DNA from: Fistulifera solaris
Lineage: Eukaryota
DNA length: 64,000 bases
Direction of reading: 5' to 3'
Assembly: GCA_030295235.1 (NCBI GenBank)
Contig: AP026126.1
Span: forward strand, 1,860,001-1,924,000
The position numbers were made by a program, and so were the translations under genes. Under the pieces are notes generated by a model, which made no database searches, was not told the origin of the DNA, and saw nothing but the letters and a program-made list of their open reading frames with translations. Positions 24,786-37,849 of the stretch are shown here, one piece after another. Positions within the stretch are counted from its first letter, which is position 1; every line of letters starts with the position of its first letter.

Positions 24786-25458
24786 ATGTCCCAAGCCGCA
24801 TGCACGCCATCGTCTGCTGAATTGCAAGCAGCCGTGACGACCGTCCTCGCGAAGGTATGTAAAGATCGTTCGGCGTCATGCAACTTTCTCTTCCCGTAAT
24901 ATCGATATTTCTCACGTTACCTCCTCTAACACTCTTTCTTATCTTTAGGTACCCGGTGCGAGCGCCGCCGACATACAGCAAGAAGTAGAGGCCCATCATC
25001 CGACATGGCAAATACAGTCACTCCGATTGCGCAAGTACATTCGACGAGCTCGCCGCGAAATGGATATTATGCAGGATCTTTCGGTCAGTAGTGTGACAGG
25101 AGGAGGGACAGGAGACGAAGATGTGAATCATGTTTTCGGAATCAAGGGAGTGATTCAACAGGCGGGGATGTTTCTGTCTCCTTTTTCAAAGCGACGTCGG
25201 CCTTCGAAAACAAATTTTGTTCCGGACACCATTCAGAGTTTTGACGAGCGCGATACTGACAGAGATAGTCCTGTCACTGTAGATAGCTCACTGGAGCCAG
25301 CTATTCCATTGACACCGACACTGGAGGAAACGAAAGCAGCCATTAGAACTAACAAAGGCAACCAAGAAATATTGGTTGAGGGAAGCAACACAATGAAACA
25401 AAAAGACCTTTACGTAGATGACAACGAAGGAAAGAAAAGATCTTTGCGAGTTTTGTGA
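24786..25458 (+). CDS. Hypothetical protein, 2 exons
   Basis: ATG at 24786; GT-AG intron 24855-24948 (ctaac branch point) splices in frame into ORF 25027-25458; 3' end uncertain. Confidence 0.6.
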
Positions 25459-26012
25459 AAAATGCAGGATTCTGTAAACGGTTTTGCGGGTTATTGTATT
25501 TCAAGCTTCTTGCTGGCTCTTTTTCGTGGGGACTTTTTAGTGCTTTGGTATTATTTTCCAGCATATGGATTCTGGTTCGTACACGAAGCCACCTATTTGT
25601 TAATAAATGCTAATTTAATGAGGTATTTATTCCTCAATGCAACGAAACTATCCCTCTCTAGTGTGCTCTTTTCTCAATGAGTTTCAGATTTTGATTCATG
25701 ATTGCTCTCAAGGGAGCAATAAATTATCTTTGTGTCTTCCTGTCATTGTAACATCGATGTAGACTGAGCTTAAGACTCGGTCTCGCTTGCTTATCATCTC
25801 TCTCACGGGGAATTACTCTGTTTTGTCCCACAGGTCCATCGGTGGGAGTAGACTTTGGTCCTAGCAAAAGTCATAGTCATACCGCGACTTACGTCACACA
25901 ACTTCACAAATACTCCGAATATGCCAACAATTTTCGCTTGCCGCATCAATTGCACATTATGAAAAGCCGTCTCGAACAAGTCTAGTGGATACAACAGATC
26001 AAAAAGAGATTC

Positions 26013-26814
26013 ATGGTCGAACACAAAACAGTCAACTCGTGGCTTTTTATGCTTTTTTGGCATCGTACATCGGTCCCAAAGTTTGTTGGCACCTGCTTCA
26101 CGAAGAGACTTCCTGGACCGGATCGCTTATTTGTCCAGTTCAAGTGTTTTCACCTCCTCATCGGCCGAAGCTTCATTCCGAACATCTGCTTACGGGAAAC
26201 AAGAGTACACCAATTCCATCACGGCTAGTAAAGACACGAATCTTTCACCAGCCGAAGCGTACGACACAATACGCGATCGCGTGCCATTGAAAAAGGATGG
26301 AGTAGCTTTGGATTTGGGAGCCGGTGCTGGGTTATCTACTCAGGTGTTGTACGAGTCCGGATATACCACAATTGACGCTGTCGATTGGAGTATTGCAGCA
26401 TGGGAGACTTCGGTACTCGAGCAACCTAATTCAGTCCGCTTCTTTGAACTTTCTGATCAAGAGTTCTTCAACTACATTCGGCCGACCCAACGTCGATACG
26501 ATGCCATCGTTTACAATTTTGCCGTGAATTCAGAGAAGGCAGTAGCAATTGCAAAGACGTATCTGAATGATGGTGGCGTGTTACTCGCCCCATGCAACGA
26601 TCGACGCGACTACTGGTACAAGCAGAGTTACTTGCTTCTAAACAGTAATGGCGACATAGTTTGGAAATCGCAACCTGAAGTTGGAGCTTGGTCGGTTCAA
26701 TTTCAACCAGATGTAGAGAGCAAGACGTGTACAGGGATCTGGTGCGGAACATTTAACGGATTTGAGGACCAACGAAAATTACGAAAACTCAAAATCAATT
26801 CTTCCTTTTTGTGA
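26013..26814 (+). CDS. Class I SAM-dependent methyltransferase (5' end uncertain or frameshifted)
   Basis: ALDLGAGAG motif I, IDAVDWS and YDAIVYNF. Confidence 0.75.
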
Positions 26815-27498
26815 TTCGGCTTGGAAACACTGCAAACATACACACCACAAGGACTGATACGCAAATGATCCACTGTGAACAAATGGCTTTTTTTATGTTT
26901 TATTCGTCTAGCGTCCGCGCGGCCGTTATCCAAATTACATTTCAAGGTGCTCAGGCACGCGGCAAGCTTTGATCGGCTGGCATTTCTTCGTCTCCTGGAA
27001 TCCTTTCATCACACGAAGATACAGACGATTTATCCGATACACTCTCCGATTCGGTTCCATAACCTTGTTCCGCCGACTGCATGTTACTTTTCTCATAAAG
27101 GCAGTAGACGCAACATGACTTAAAGAACCATCCGAACACTATAAGTGTAGAAAGAATAGTGAAGGCGGCAATCGACCCGCCATCCAGTCCTGTTCCCTCT
27201 TTACAGTTTCCATAGAGCGAAGACTGATTGCAGGCTTCGTCAAAGGAGGCATTTTACTTAACACCGCAGAGATGGTGGTATTTCGGAGAAGAGACGCCCC
27301 AGCCGTTTGATCCAAAATGTTCGATGATGGTGTTGCCATTCCTCATTCACAAAGCGATAAAATTTTCTGTCTCAGATCAGGACGATGCTGCTCTAATTAT
27401 AAGGTTCCAACATGCAATTAAGATGTGATGGGGGGTCTACATCAACTTGTTTATTGACTTACTTCAAAATTTTTGTGATCGATAATCGAGAAATGGAT

Positions 27499-27590
27499 GG
27501 TACGGTACCGGTACGGTACCGTACCAGGTACTATATAGTCGAGGCGGCGGTACCTTGGTACCGGGTACAAGTACCGTACCAGGTACCCGT
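27499..27590. repeat. Degenerate GGTACC/GTAC-rich low-complexity tract
   Basis: More than ten GTAC cores within about 90 bp. Confidence 0.85.
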
Positions 27591-27852
27591 AGCGATACTG
27601 TTTTTTTTTTCGAGACAACGGAAAGGGAGGGTTAATGCACCTGTTACCTGGTACTTTTACCCGGTAAAATTCTGCCTGTAGTTTGTACAGGCGCAAGATT
27701 CTGGCATTCGGAAGGTGACGCAAGCAGACACGAATGAGAAATAATGATATTCACGGAATGATGGCAAAAAATCTTTTCTTTTTTTTCCTTTCCCATAGAT
27801 AGATACCACAAAAAAGTGGGCCAATTCAGTTACAATGCTTTGCAGCAAGACA

Positions 27853-28679
27853 ATGTTCACTCGTATATTCATCTTCTTTTTCGCTTCATCGTCTACTTTC
27901 TGGAAGAAGGTGGCTGGCGTTTGCTATTGTCCAATTCAATGTTTCAATTGCTTGGACAACGGAGATATTATTCGGTGGCCTATCTACAAATCCGCCCCTT
28001 GTAATGACTTGGAATCCGCGCAAGAGTGCGAAAAAGCTAACGCAGAGATCAAAGACATGCAAAATTCGATTGTACCTCTTGTCTTGCTCTTCCTTGAGTA
28101 AGTGCGATGATTGTTGCATTCGTTTTCGTTTTATGAAAAGTCTAACGAGTCAACGCACTGCGAAGTGACGCTGTTCGTACGCAAAATATGACCATGATGC
28201 AAGCTGGCTATGCTAGATCCCTTGTAAGCTTAGCACTTGAGGATGATAAGCCAGAAGGCGACTGTGCGAACGGACTCCTCACCGATACTCCTATCAAAGG
28301 TACCTTAGGCAAGTGCTTCTCTCCAGAACTCCTTGAACAGTGTGCACGCGTCCGCGATAGAGTAAACTCTTACCAAGACAATATTCCTATCAAACTGGAA
28401 AGCTTCCTCGGTAATAACACGATGATGTATAGTGACAATATGACCTTGTATGACCGCTCCCTCGAGCTCAATTTAATCAACAGCGATCGGGTTGTGATTC
28501 ATCCGAAAATGGCAGAACTTATTGAAATGGTCCGATTTCGTGGCAAGATCCGAACGGCTCGAATTCGCTGCGCTTCCTTTGATGCCACAACCATCGAGAT
28601 CGCTGAAGCCGGTGCTTTGTCGACCACGACAGCCTTCTCCTTGACCGTGTTGAGTGCTGCGAGTGTGATGTGGTTCTAG
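27853..28679 (+). CDS. Cys-rich secreted, putatively GPI-anchored protein, copy 1 (intron 28098-28165)
   Basis: Signal-peptide-like start, CxCPxxCFxC, in-frame splice to ORF 28188-28679, small-residue plus hydrophobic C-terminus. Confidence 0.75.
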
Positions 28680-29242
28680 TTAACGGTTCAATAGGTAAAG
28701 TGATCTTCAATAATCTAATCTGACTCGTTACTTGCGAAGCGTTTTACTAGGTTCGACCAAAGCCTTTGCTTCTATAAAAGACACCCATAGCTGAACTTTC
28801 GCGATCGCAAAGTTCTAACTTGTCCACGGAACAGACGTGTTCGGCCACTTTCTGCTCTTCTTCCCGAGGGAGCTATCTCGTATCTCGTGACATAGCGAGT
28901 AGCCTTTGCGACGTACCAAGAGCCAGTGTTCTTTTGCAACAAAGTTCTTTCTTCTTCGTGTCAGAATCATCCGCAAAGTCGCCCTTCAACGACATCTTAC
29001 TTTGTAAGGGATACTACAAAACCGCGTCTCATTTTCCTTTGGAACAGAGAATCTTTTGCAGCATGCAATTTCATGAATCTCGGAAGCAGACAAGCTGACA
29101 CGAATGAAAAAATGAGGCAAAGTTCATTTTCTCTGCTAGGTACCTGGTAGCCAAGATCCTTTTCGTTGTTTTCATTTATGAAGAACAATTACAATTGTTG
29201 ACCACAAAAACCAGTTTCCATACTCTCTGTTTCAGCACGGCC

Positions 29243-30048
29243 ATGTTCACCCGCAAATTCATCATCTTTTTCGCTGCCTCTGCCACTCTGCGGGAGAAGG
29301 TCACTGGCGTTTGCCGGTGCCCCGTTGGCTGTTTCGACTGCCATGAATACTATCGTCGTCCCATCTACAAGCTTTCTGCTTGTAACGACATTGAATCCGC
29401 TCAAGAATGCGAGAAGGCCAACTGGGAGATTGCTGGTATGCAAAGTTCACTTGTTCCTCTTGTTTTGCTTTCCTCGAGTAAGTTCATCAGTGTAATAGTT
29501 ATTGCATTCTACTGTTTTGAAGCAAGATCTAACGAGTGAAGTCGCTTCGTAGAGACGCAGTTCGCACTCAGAATATGGCAATGATGCAAGCTGGCTACGC
29601 TAGATCCCTTCTTAGTTTGGCATTGGAGGATAATAAGCCGAAAGTGACTGCGCGAATGGAATCGTCACCGATACTCGTATTAAAGATACGAGAAAAGCGA
29701 AATGCTTTTCTCCCGAACTCCTTGCTCAATGTGCGCTCGTTCGCGATAAAGTAAACTTTTATCAAGACAGCCTTCCTGTCAAGCTCGAGTCTTTCCTCGG
29801 CGATAACACGATGATGTACAGCGATAATATGACCTTATTTGAACGTTCCCTTGAGCTCAGTTTGATTAACACCGATCGGGTTGTAATTCACCCAAAAATG
29901 GCAGACCTCATTTCGGACGGCTCGCATCCGTTGTGCTTCGTTTGATGCCACCACCATTAAGATCGCTCAAGCTGGTGCTTTGGACTTATCGACATCGACA
30001 GCCTTCTTCTTGACCTTGCTGAGCGCTGCGAGTTTCCTTTGGCTTTGA
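29243..30048 (+). pseudogene. Copy 2 of the same gene, probably disabled
   Basis: Colinear with copies 1 and 3 but has a 9-nt deletion in exon 1, frame disruptions near 29640-29720 and a 26-nt deletion near 29912. Confidence 0.7.
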
Positions 30049-30525
30049 ATATAAGTTTACTTGTGAACCAGATTTCTCTTATTATAGGCGCTCGTTCCAG
30101 ATAGCTAAGGCCATTGCTTTTTAAAAGCTATGATAATCATGGCTGCACTTTCGCGCGGCAAGTTCTAACTTGTCCATGGAACAGAATTGTTCCGCCACTT
30201 TCTGCTCTATTTCCCGAGGGAGTTATGTCATCTCGTAACATAGCAAGTACCTTTTGCGACGTACCAAGAGAAACAAAGTTCTTTCTTCGTGTCAGAATTC
30301 AGAATCTTTGCCCCATAAAGAAATCGTGCTTTGTGAAGGATACTACACAGCTGCGTCTCATTTTTCCGGATAGCAATTTCACATAATATCATCATGGAAG
30401 CAGACAAGCTGACACGAATGAAAAATGTGGCAATTTCCTGGCAAAGATCCTTATTTCACTTTGAAAGAAAAATTACGATTGTTGAGCACACAAACCCATC
30501 TCATTTCTCTCTGTTGCACAAGATC

Positions 30526-31364
30526 ATGTTCACCGGCAAATTCATCATCTTTCTCGCTGCCTCTGCCATTGTGTGGGAGAAGGTCGCTGGCGTTTGCCTG
30601 TGCCCCATCGACTGTTTTAACTGCCGCGAGAATGGAGAAATCGTTCGTCGTCCCATCCACAAGCTTTCTGCTTGTAACGACATTGAATCCGCAGCAGAAT
30701 GCGAAAAAAGCCAACTGGGAGATTGCTGATATGCAAAGTTCCCTCGCATCTCTTGTCACGCTTTTCCTCGAGTAAGTAATCCTCCGTTCGTCAATAAATT
30801 TCATCCTTCCGCAAGACAATCTTCTAACGACGCCTTCTCAATCCCATGCTATAAAGTGACGCGGTTCGCAGTCAAAACATGACCTTGATGCAGGTCTCGT
30901 ACGCTCGATCGCTTCTGAGCTTGGCCTTGGAAGACAACAAACCGGAAGGCGACTGCGCAAACGGACTCCTTACGGACACTCCCATCAAAGGCACCCTTTC
31001 CAAGTGCTTCTCGCCGGAACTCCTGAACCAATGCGCGCTCGTCCGCGACAATGTCGGTTCGTATCAAGACAATATTTCGGTCAAACTGGAAGGCTTCCTC
31101 GGGAATAGTACGATGATGTACAATGGCACCATGACCTTGTATGATTACTCCCTTGAGCTGAAGTTGATTGACGGTGACCGCAATGTGATTCATCCGAAAA
31201 TGGCCGACCTGATTGAAGCGGTCCGCTATCGTACGAGCATTCGGACGGCTCGCATTCGCTGCGCTTCGTTTGATGCCACCAATATTGAGATCGCCGAAGC
31301 CGGTGCGTTTAGTTTGTCTACCTCGATGGGTGTATTTTTGGCCTTGTTTGTCATGGGAATGTAA
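30526..31364 (+). CDS. Copy 3 of the Cys-rich putatively GPI-anchored protein (one intron; homopolymer frameshift near 30705)
   Basis: Same exon structure; exon 2 protein highly similar to copy 1 (KPEGDCANGLLTDTPIKGTL, TARIRCASFDAT). Confidence 0.72.
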
Positions 31365-31686
31365 GGAATGAGCCCTTTATATTTTATATTTATTTGCATG
31401 ATTATGAGAAAAAATGTTGAGAGTTGCGAGACACAACGCCAAAATAATAATGACTGCGTGTTACTTTCAAAAAAAATATTAGGGATTTTTACTCCACAGC
31501 TTGAAGTTAGCTGAAAGACCTTAACCTTATTGTATATCTTGCATCTTTTCTGTGCGTGAGGAGTCAGCTTCTACGAATGAATGTCATACTTTTGTCATTC
31601 TCATTGTTGCTAGTCTAGTTTCGAGGACTCGCCGGATAATAATTGATCGTCTCACCACGATAAGAAGTAGTAAAAAACACACAGGA

Positions 31687-33010
31687 ATGAAAGCAATCGT
31701 GCAATCGAGTTGGTTTTTGGCTTACCTTTTATTCCTTCACCTTTCTTTGGCCAAAAGCACTGCCTTCGTGAATCACAGTCACACTCCACAAGAAAGAATG
31801 GTCTTTCGAAAGCTATTCGCATCATCATCCTCGTCGACTTCGGGAAACGCCGCATCTTTACCTGTTCCTGAAACGACAATTGTGCAACAGCGATTACGGC
31901 AAGCACTGTGGGCGTTTTTTTGCCGGTGACGCCCTCTCGTCGCCCTCTCATTGGTTTTACGGAGGACCGCGACAAATTCAGCAACAATACGGTGCCTTGC
32001 TTACGGATTATACCAAGCCGACAGAACAATTACCGGGTTCTATATTAAATAAGAGTAATCTACTAGGAGCGGGTCGTAGCAAGGGAGGCATGCAGCGACG
32101 ATCGGATGATGATCTTCCTCCGACTATCGTCGGACACGTGATTCTTCACGGCAAACAAGATTATTGGCATCCATCCAAGCAGATTCATTATCATGCAACT
32201 TTACAGGCGGGAGAGAACACATTGGAAGCATCACTAGCACGTGTACTGATGCGTTCCATCGTTGAAAAGAAAGGTCATTTTGACGCCAACCACTTCCGTC
32301 AAGCCTACATGAACTTTATGATGACTCCCGGCAGCCACAATGATACTTATGCTTCGACTTGTCATCGCATGTTCTTCTCCAATCTCATTTATGATAAGAA
32401 GTCACCGGAAGATTGTCCTGACAACGATTCTCATAATGTCGATACCATTGATGGCTTGATTTTGCCGACTCTCGTCAGCTTGGCAGTTGCGGCTCAACCC
32501 TCGGCGACAGCCGAAGACGCGGCTCGGGAAGCACAACAGTGTGTGGCAGTGACGCGTCGTAGTAAGCCTCTTCAAACGGCTACAGCTGCATGGGCAGGAC
32601 TCGTTTATAATATTATTCGTAGAGAGAAGAAAGAGGAAAACTTGACGGACACGGTGGAAGCCATGGCGAAGAGCTTGGGCCTCCCGAAGCCGAAAGTCCG
32701 CCCCACGGAAAATACCATGACAGCCTGCTATCTGGATTCGTCACTCCCTGCGGCTCTCGATAACTTGGTCACCTTTGAATCTCAAAAGAGTATTGGTGAT
32801 GTTTCTGAAGTGTGGCGAAATTTACTTGCTATTGCCAATACAGGCGGAGAGAACGTACACCGAGCGTCCTGTATTGGTGCTATATTGGGCGCCAATAGCG
32901 ACCTTCAACCAGAAGCATGGTCAAAGTCACGTTTAGTGCAAGGATTGTACCATCGTGAAGCGTTGCACAAAGAGATCGAAGACTTTATTGTTGCGGTGAC
33001 GAAATGTTGA
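31687..33010 (+). CDS. ADP-ribosylglycohydrolase family protein with bipartite signal; frameshift in T run near 31918
   Basis: ALWAFF-AGDALSSPSHWFY, GENT, NTGGENVHRASCIGAILGA; leader ending STA-F. Confidence 0.82.
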
Positions 33011-33191
33011 GCACGGTCTTCGTAGTCGAGTTATGGGGTACGATGAATTCAATCGGTCCTCTTAAAGATTTAATAATATTTGTTTACTTCGCGATATGAT
33101 ACTTATTATTGCACAAATTTAAAACTTATTACGAATAAAGAGAAACGTTAGGAGAAAATGAACAGACAAGCATTGTTGGGTAAAAAATTGA

Positions 33192-34733
33192 TCAATCTCT
33201 TGTAGCATTTATAATAGCTGAAATTGCACCAAGTTCGCGAGATTGTTTCATCAGGGCTTGTTCCAGGATTTCTTCGTCTTTTTGGAGTGATTCTTCCATC
33301 TGGAGCAACTCCTGCAACAGCTTCTTACGGGTTTCATACTTCTCGCTTAGGGAGGTGCTCTTGGATGTAAGAGTCTCTTGTATGATGGATTGATTTTCCA
33401 CCATAGATTCTAGAGTCGCAGTGAGGGAGCCAAGTCGACCATTCACTGCTCCGGAACGCTTCTTAAAAGCTTCGTGTTGGTCCATCAAGTCACCAAGCGT
33501 ATCTCTCAGTCCATCACATTCTTGTTCGCTGCGGAGAAGTTTCCCTTGTGTTTCGGCAAGGGTCTCTCTCATAAACATCAATTCATTATTCTTCTTTTCC
33601 AACTCTGCATTTGCCGACTGAGTCTCACTCAACACTTTTTGATGATGATCAAGAAGGGCCTCGAATCGCTCTTTCCATGTCTTCGTTTCCATTTCCCACG
33701 GAGCCTTGCTCTCTCGCTTAAGAAGAATCGCTTGCTCTGCAAGTTTCGCCTTCAATGCCGAGACCTCCTTCTCTTTCTGAAGCACCATAGCAGAGAGTTT
33801 GCTTGCTTCTGTTGCCGCAGAATAAGTACTTTTTTGGGTTCCGTTTGTTGCTGTAGTATGCTTCGTGATCTTGCTAAGCCCAGAAACGACACTGTCCTCT
33901 TCTTTCTTTTCCTCTTCGTCATAAGTTCGGTGAGAAAGTGCACTCATCATGGAAGGACGATGGGACATGGTAATAGAAGACTGTGCGTGGGATAGCTTTG
34001 TTGATAGTGGGGATATCATGTTTGAGCTATTGTCGATGGAGCGTTTGCTTGTCTCTTCTGAAATGACTGATGTGTCGTCAACCATCCATCGTTTCAATAC
34101 CACAATAACGTCATCACGCTGCGGATATTCGCTTTCTTCGGCCAAATCCAAAGGAGTTTTACCCTCATCATCACGGGCATTAATGACGCCTCTATGAGCA
34201 ACCAAAATCATGTCAACAACAGCAACAGAACTAGGGCCCCAACAAGCGAGATAATGGATCGGAAGCATACCTCGAGGATCGCGGATTCGTGTAGCTTCCG
34301 GACAACACACAAGAAGCGAACGAATGACGTCTTGGCTTGCCTGATTTCCGCAAGCGTAATGCAAGGCATACATGCCTTGGTCGTCGATGCATTTCGGTCC
34401 GTCGGGGTATGCTTTAATAAGGGCATCGACAACGGCTGCGGGCGGATGGCGAGCACAAGCTGAATGAATGGGTAAGAATCTCCACATAATTTCCTGTTCC
34501 TCCGTGTCTTCTTCCTCATCATAATGTCGAACTACCCACGTGGCGGCCTGCATCGGGTCTCGCTTACAGATTGCGATTGCATCGTCCCAGCTCTGATCCG
34601 TAATGGCCTTGTACAACTCAGTGAGATTCTTGTCAAAATCCACCTCCAGCGTTGAAGGGGATACCTCAAGGTCGAATGACATTATTGAAAGATCTCCTTG
34701 TTTGTTCAAGGAAACTAGGATACGGTTGTCCAA
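33192..34733 (-). CDS. Ankyrin-like repeat protein with C-terminal coiled coil (probable start near 34682)
   Basis: LPIHSAC, YALHYAC, LPIHYLA and GKTPLDLA repeats; heptad-rich tail. Confidence 0.8.
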   Translation of the reverse strand: MDNRILVSLNKQGDLSIMSFDLEVSPSTLEVDFDKNLTELYKAITDQSWDDAIAICKRDPMQAATWVVRHYDEEEDTEEQEIMWRFLPIHSACARHPPAAVVDALIKAYPDGPKCIDDQGMYALHYACGNQASQDVIRSLLVCCPEATRIRDPRGMLPIHYLACWGPSSVAVVDMILVAHRGVINARDDEGKTPLDLAEESEYPQRDDVIVVLKRWMVDDTSVISEETSKRSIDNSSNMISPLSTKLSHAQSSITMSHRPSMMSALSHRTYDEEEKKEEDSVVSGLSKITKHTTATNGTQKSTYSAATEASKLSAMVLQKEKEVSALKAKLAEQAILLKRESKAPWEMETKTWKERFEALLDHHQKVLSETQSANAELEKKNNELMFMRETLAETQGKLLRSEQECDGLRDTLGDLMDQHEAFKKRSGAVNGRLGSLTATLESMVENQSIIQETLTSKSTSLSEKYETRKKLLQELLQMEESLQKDEEILEQALMKQSRELGAISAIINATRD

Positions 34734-35218
34734 TTGACTTACAAGAAGTTCGGCAAGAGGGATAAAACAAACTTTCGCGATTTCGCCAACGAGAGACGTT
34801 TGGCGAGGTTACAGCTCGACTGGCGCAAGCTGGCCCATGTTATTCTTCACGTTGAAGTGCTAGTCCGCAATACCAAATGCGACTACCTACAGTGAGGACA
34901 GCACACTTAACTCTATATCAATATATTCACTTAGACAAACTCTTCTCTAAAATACTTATTGACATCGAGATTATTCTGAAGGTCTACGAGAAAATTGGGC
35001 CCATTGAAGTACTAAACACAGTAACGAGTCACGAGTCTTTCAATCCTGGACTAAAGCCTGTAAAATACTGTAAATCTTACTAAGGGTGAGGATCAAGAGC
35101 AAGTGTGACGTTACCGCTTACCTCGTTACTCACTTCAGCATTCTGCTTCTTCTACATGGCGATTCCGGAGGGAGCTCGAGTAACGAAGTAACTTTTGAAA
35201 TAATAATAAGAATAGACC

Positions 35219-35645
35219 ATGTCAGAAATTGCAGCGCTACTTTTATGCAAACTCGGCGGTAAGGGAGGATCAGTAGATGAGATCACGGCGGTCTTAACCG
35301 CGGCCGGTCTCGAGGCTGATGCCGACGCCGTTTCAAGATTGGTTGGTGATATTGAGGGAAAGGATATCAACGAACTTTTGGCAACCGGATCTGAGCAAAT
35401 CAAAAATGTTCCACTCGGAGGTGGTGGCGGCGCCGGAGGTGGTGCCGCTGCCGCTGGAGGAGCTGCTGCAGCTGAGGCAGCTAAGCCAGGTACGTGTTGT
35501 TTTCCGAAACTTCAAGCTGGAAATTCATTAAGACCCAAATGCCTCTCACTTTACTGTTCTCGCAGAGGAACCCGAGGAGGAAGAAGCCGAAGCTCCTGCT
35601 GTTGATATGTTCGGAGGCGGCGGTGGTGGCGGCGGTGACTATTAA
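35219..35645 (+). CDS. RPP2: 60S acidic ribosomal protein P2 (intron 35490-35565)
   Basis: LLLCKLGG...EGKDINELLATG, Gly/Ala hinge, spliced acidic tail EEPEEEEAEAPAVDMFGGGGGGGGDY. Confidence 0.9.
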
Positions 35646-36397
35646 AGCATCGGTGATTACATTGTCATTAAATAAATACTTTGATCCTTGCTTCTTCTGT
35701 CAATCATCGGGAAATTTCGCTGATTTAAATTGAGTCTTTTCTGATGAAAGGAAGAACTTGACGACTTGTTCAGCAATCGTGTTGGCGTCTCAAGCCTTGA
35801 TTGGAAATTCAAGGAGTGTTCTGCGAAAGCAAATTAAATTGGTGTTTTCCATGTTTTACTCCTTTTCTGGAAGATCTATGCATTCCTCTTTGCGCCGCGC
35901 TACAGCAACAGACCACGAGTCTTTTTCTAGCATTGTTTTATCGATCCCTAGTCGTTGTCCTGGGAATGACAGCGGTATCCTTGTTCGAGTACCTGGCACA
36001 AAAGAATAGCACACCATCATCCAGTTTTCACAGAAAGGGTGTTTATCAGAAAATACGAAGTAGATGCCCATCCGATTAGAAGAGGCTCCACATCCAAACC
36101 CCAACTCGCCTCTAGTTTTGGATGCGACTCAGCGCCCAAATAATAGCATCAAAATCAACGAACTCCGCGTCATCCATCGAGTCGTCGTACGTCTAGCTAG
36201 GTCGCTTTTACTTTTTACTGCACTGTCATTATTTCTCCACATCACTTCCACTTTTCGCTCACTAATCTCGCGCGTAAAAAAAGCCAACGGTCTTTTTCGG
36301 CGGACTTTTGCTTCTTTCCTTCTTCTGTTGACGTGACGATTGCCGATACCTCACAATATTTACCATCATTATCGAAAGTAATCAAGTAGCTTTACCC

Positions 36398-37339
36398 ATG
36401 CCGTGGTTTAAATTGTATACAGAAGAGGAATTCTTCCGCATACTGTACCAGGAAGACGTTACCCTCATCCGATCGATTCTCTACTGGCAGGGAGATTTGG
36501 CGAATGCACAAGATACTGAATGGAGACCATTAGTCTATGCTTGCTACCGAGGAAACACTGAGCTTGCACGAGTAATTCTCGAGACAGCTGGGAAGCGATT
36601 AGATGTCAATCAAAAGGATCGAATGGGATATTCTTCACTCCTTTGGGCCGTTTCGAAAGATTTTTGGAATTGCTCATCTGTTACTGAACCGCAATGATAT
36701 TGACGTCAATGTAAGAAGCAAGGACAACGAAACACCTCTATTGGCCGCTACTCTTTACAATCGCCCCATGATAGTGCAGCGATTGCTCTTTCACGGAGCA
36801 CGTGTTGATGTACTAGACAAAGAGGGGAACTCTCCGTTGTCACGCGCGTGCCTCCAAAATCATTTCACAATCGCGCAAATGCTGCTCAACGCAGGGGCTA
36901 ACCCGAATACACGAAACTATCGCTGCGGACACACTCCGCTGGCGGAGTCCTGCATTTTAAACCACGATCACATTGTGAAACTGTTGATAGAGGCAGGAGC
37001 TGAAGTCAACGCTTTAAATCACCATGGCAGCACGCCGCTCCTCCTTGCTGTCAAAGCAGGATCCTTAAGTGTAATATACACACTTTTGAAGAACGGAGCT
37101 GGTAAGTCAATACATCTGCAGGTATATGAAATGATTCCCAAATTGAACTCAAAACTAAGAACTTGTTCACTGTGAATCAAGATTGGAACAAGGCAAATGG
37201 CACTGACGAGACACCCCTAACAGTGGCAGCCACTTGCAAGAATTTAGGAGCTTGTCAAGTTTTATTGCAATTCCAACAGTCTGAAGATAAAGGCCGGGCT
37301 AACGTGGGATTCATCTCGCTTTCGGGGCGTGAAGCAACA
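36398..37339 (+). CDS. Ankyrin repeat protein (frameshift near 36660; intron about 37101-37181)
   Basis: Multiple TPL/SPL-x-A ankyrin repeats with DVN/NPN linkers. Confidence 0.8.
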
Positions 37340-37849
37340 GCTGTAGCGGCGTGCACATAGGGCGAACAACAATGGTAGCACATTCCCTTACGCCACAAGG
37401 TAATAAAGATAGAATTAACGGGCAGTTTTCCCCTTCAAAAGTTAAGGGAAACGGTGTCGGCGTGGCTTTCATGATCGATTTAGATATTGCTGCCGACCAC
37501 AATCGGTTGCCCTCTTCAATTGCATACAATTAACTGAATATTCTAATGAATGGATGTGAAGATTGATCGCCGATTTTCTACGTTAACGAGTTCTTCGCTA
37601 GAGTTTACGTAGGGACAAGTGGCGCGCATCCTTCTAGTTGACCATCACAAGACCAGGTACCGGTACCGGTACCTACCGGTATTGGACTGTTTAAGTACGA
37701 TCCCTGAGCGTGCGACGTACGTACAGCGCCAAATCATCGCTATGCTATCATCTAAACACGCGCACTCGAAACACGTTGCCGCGACAGCAAACTATATTAT
37801 AAAATTACTTTTCAATTTCATCGACTGACCGAAAGTCACGCAAGGTAGT

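Noticed and set aside
86..33010. Sirtuin plus ADP-ribosylglycohydrolase as a linked ADP-ribosylation or defence system
   Set aside because: They are 30 kb apart with unrelated genes between them and probably act in different compartments.
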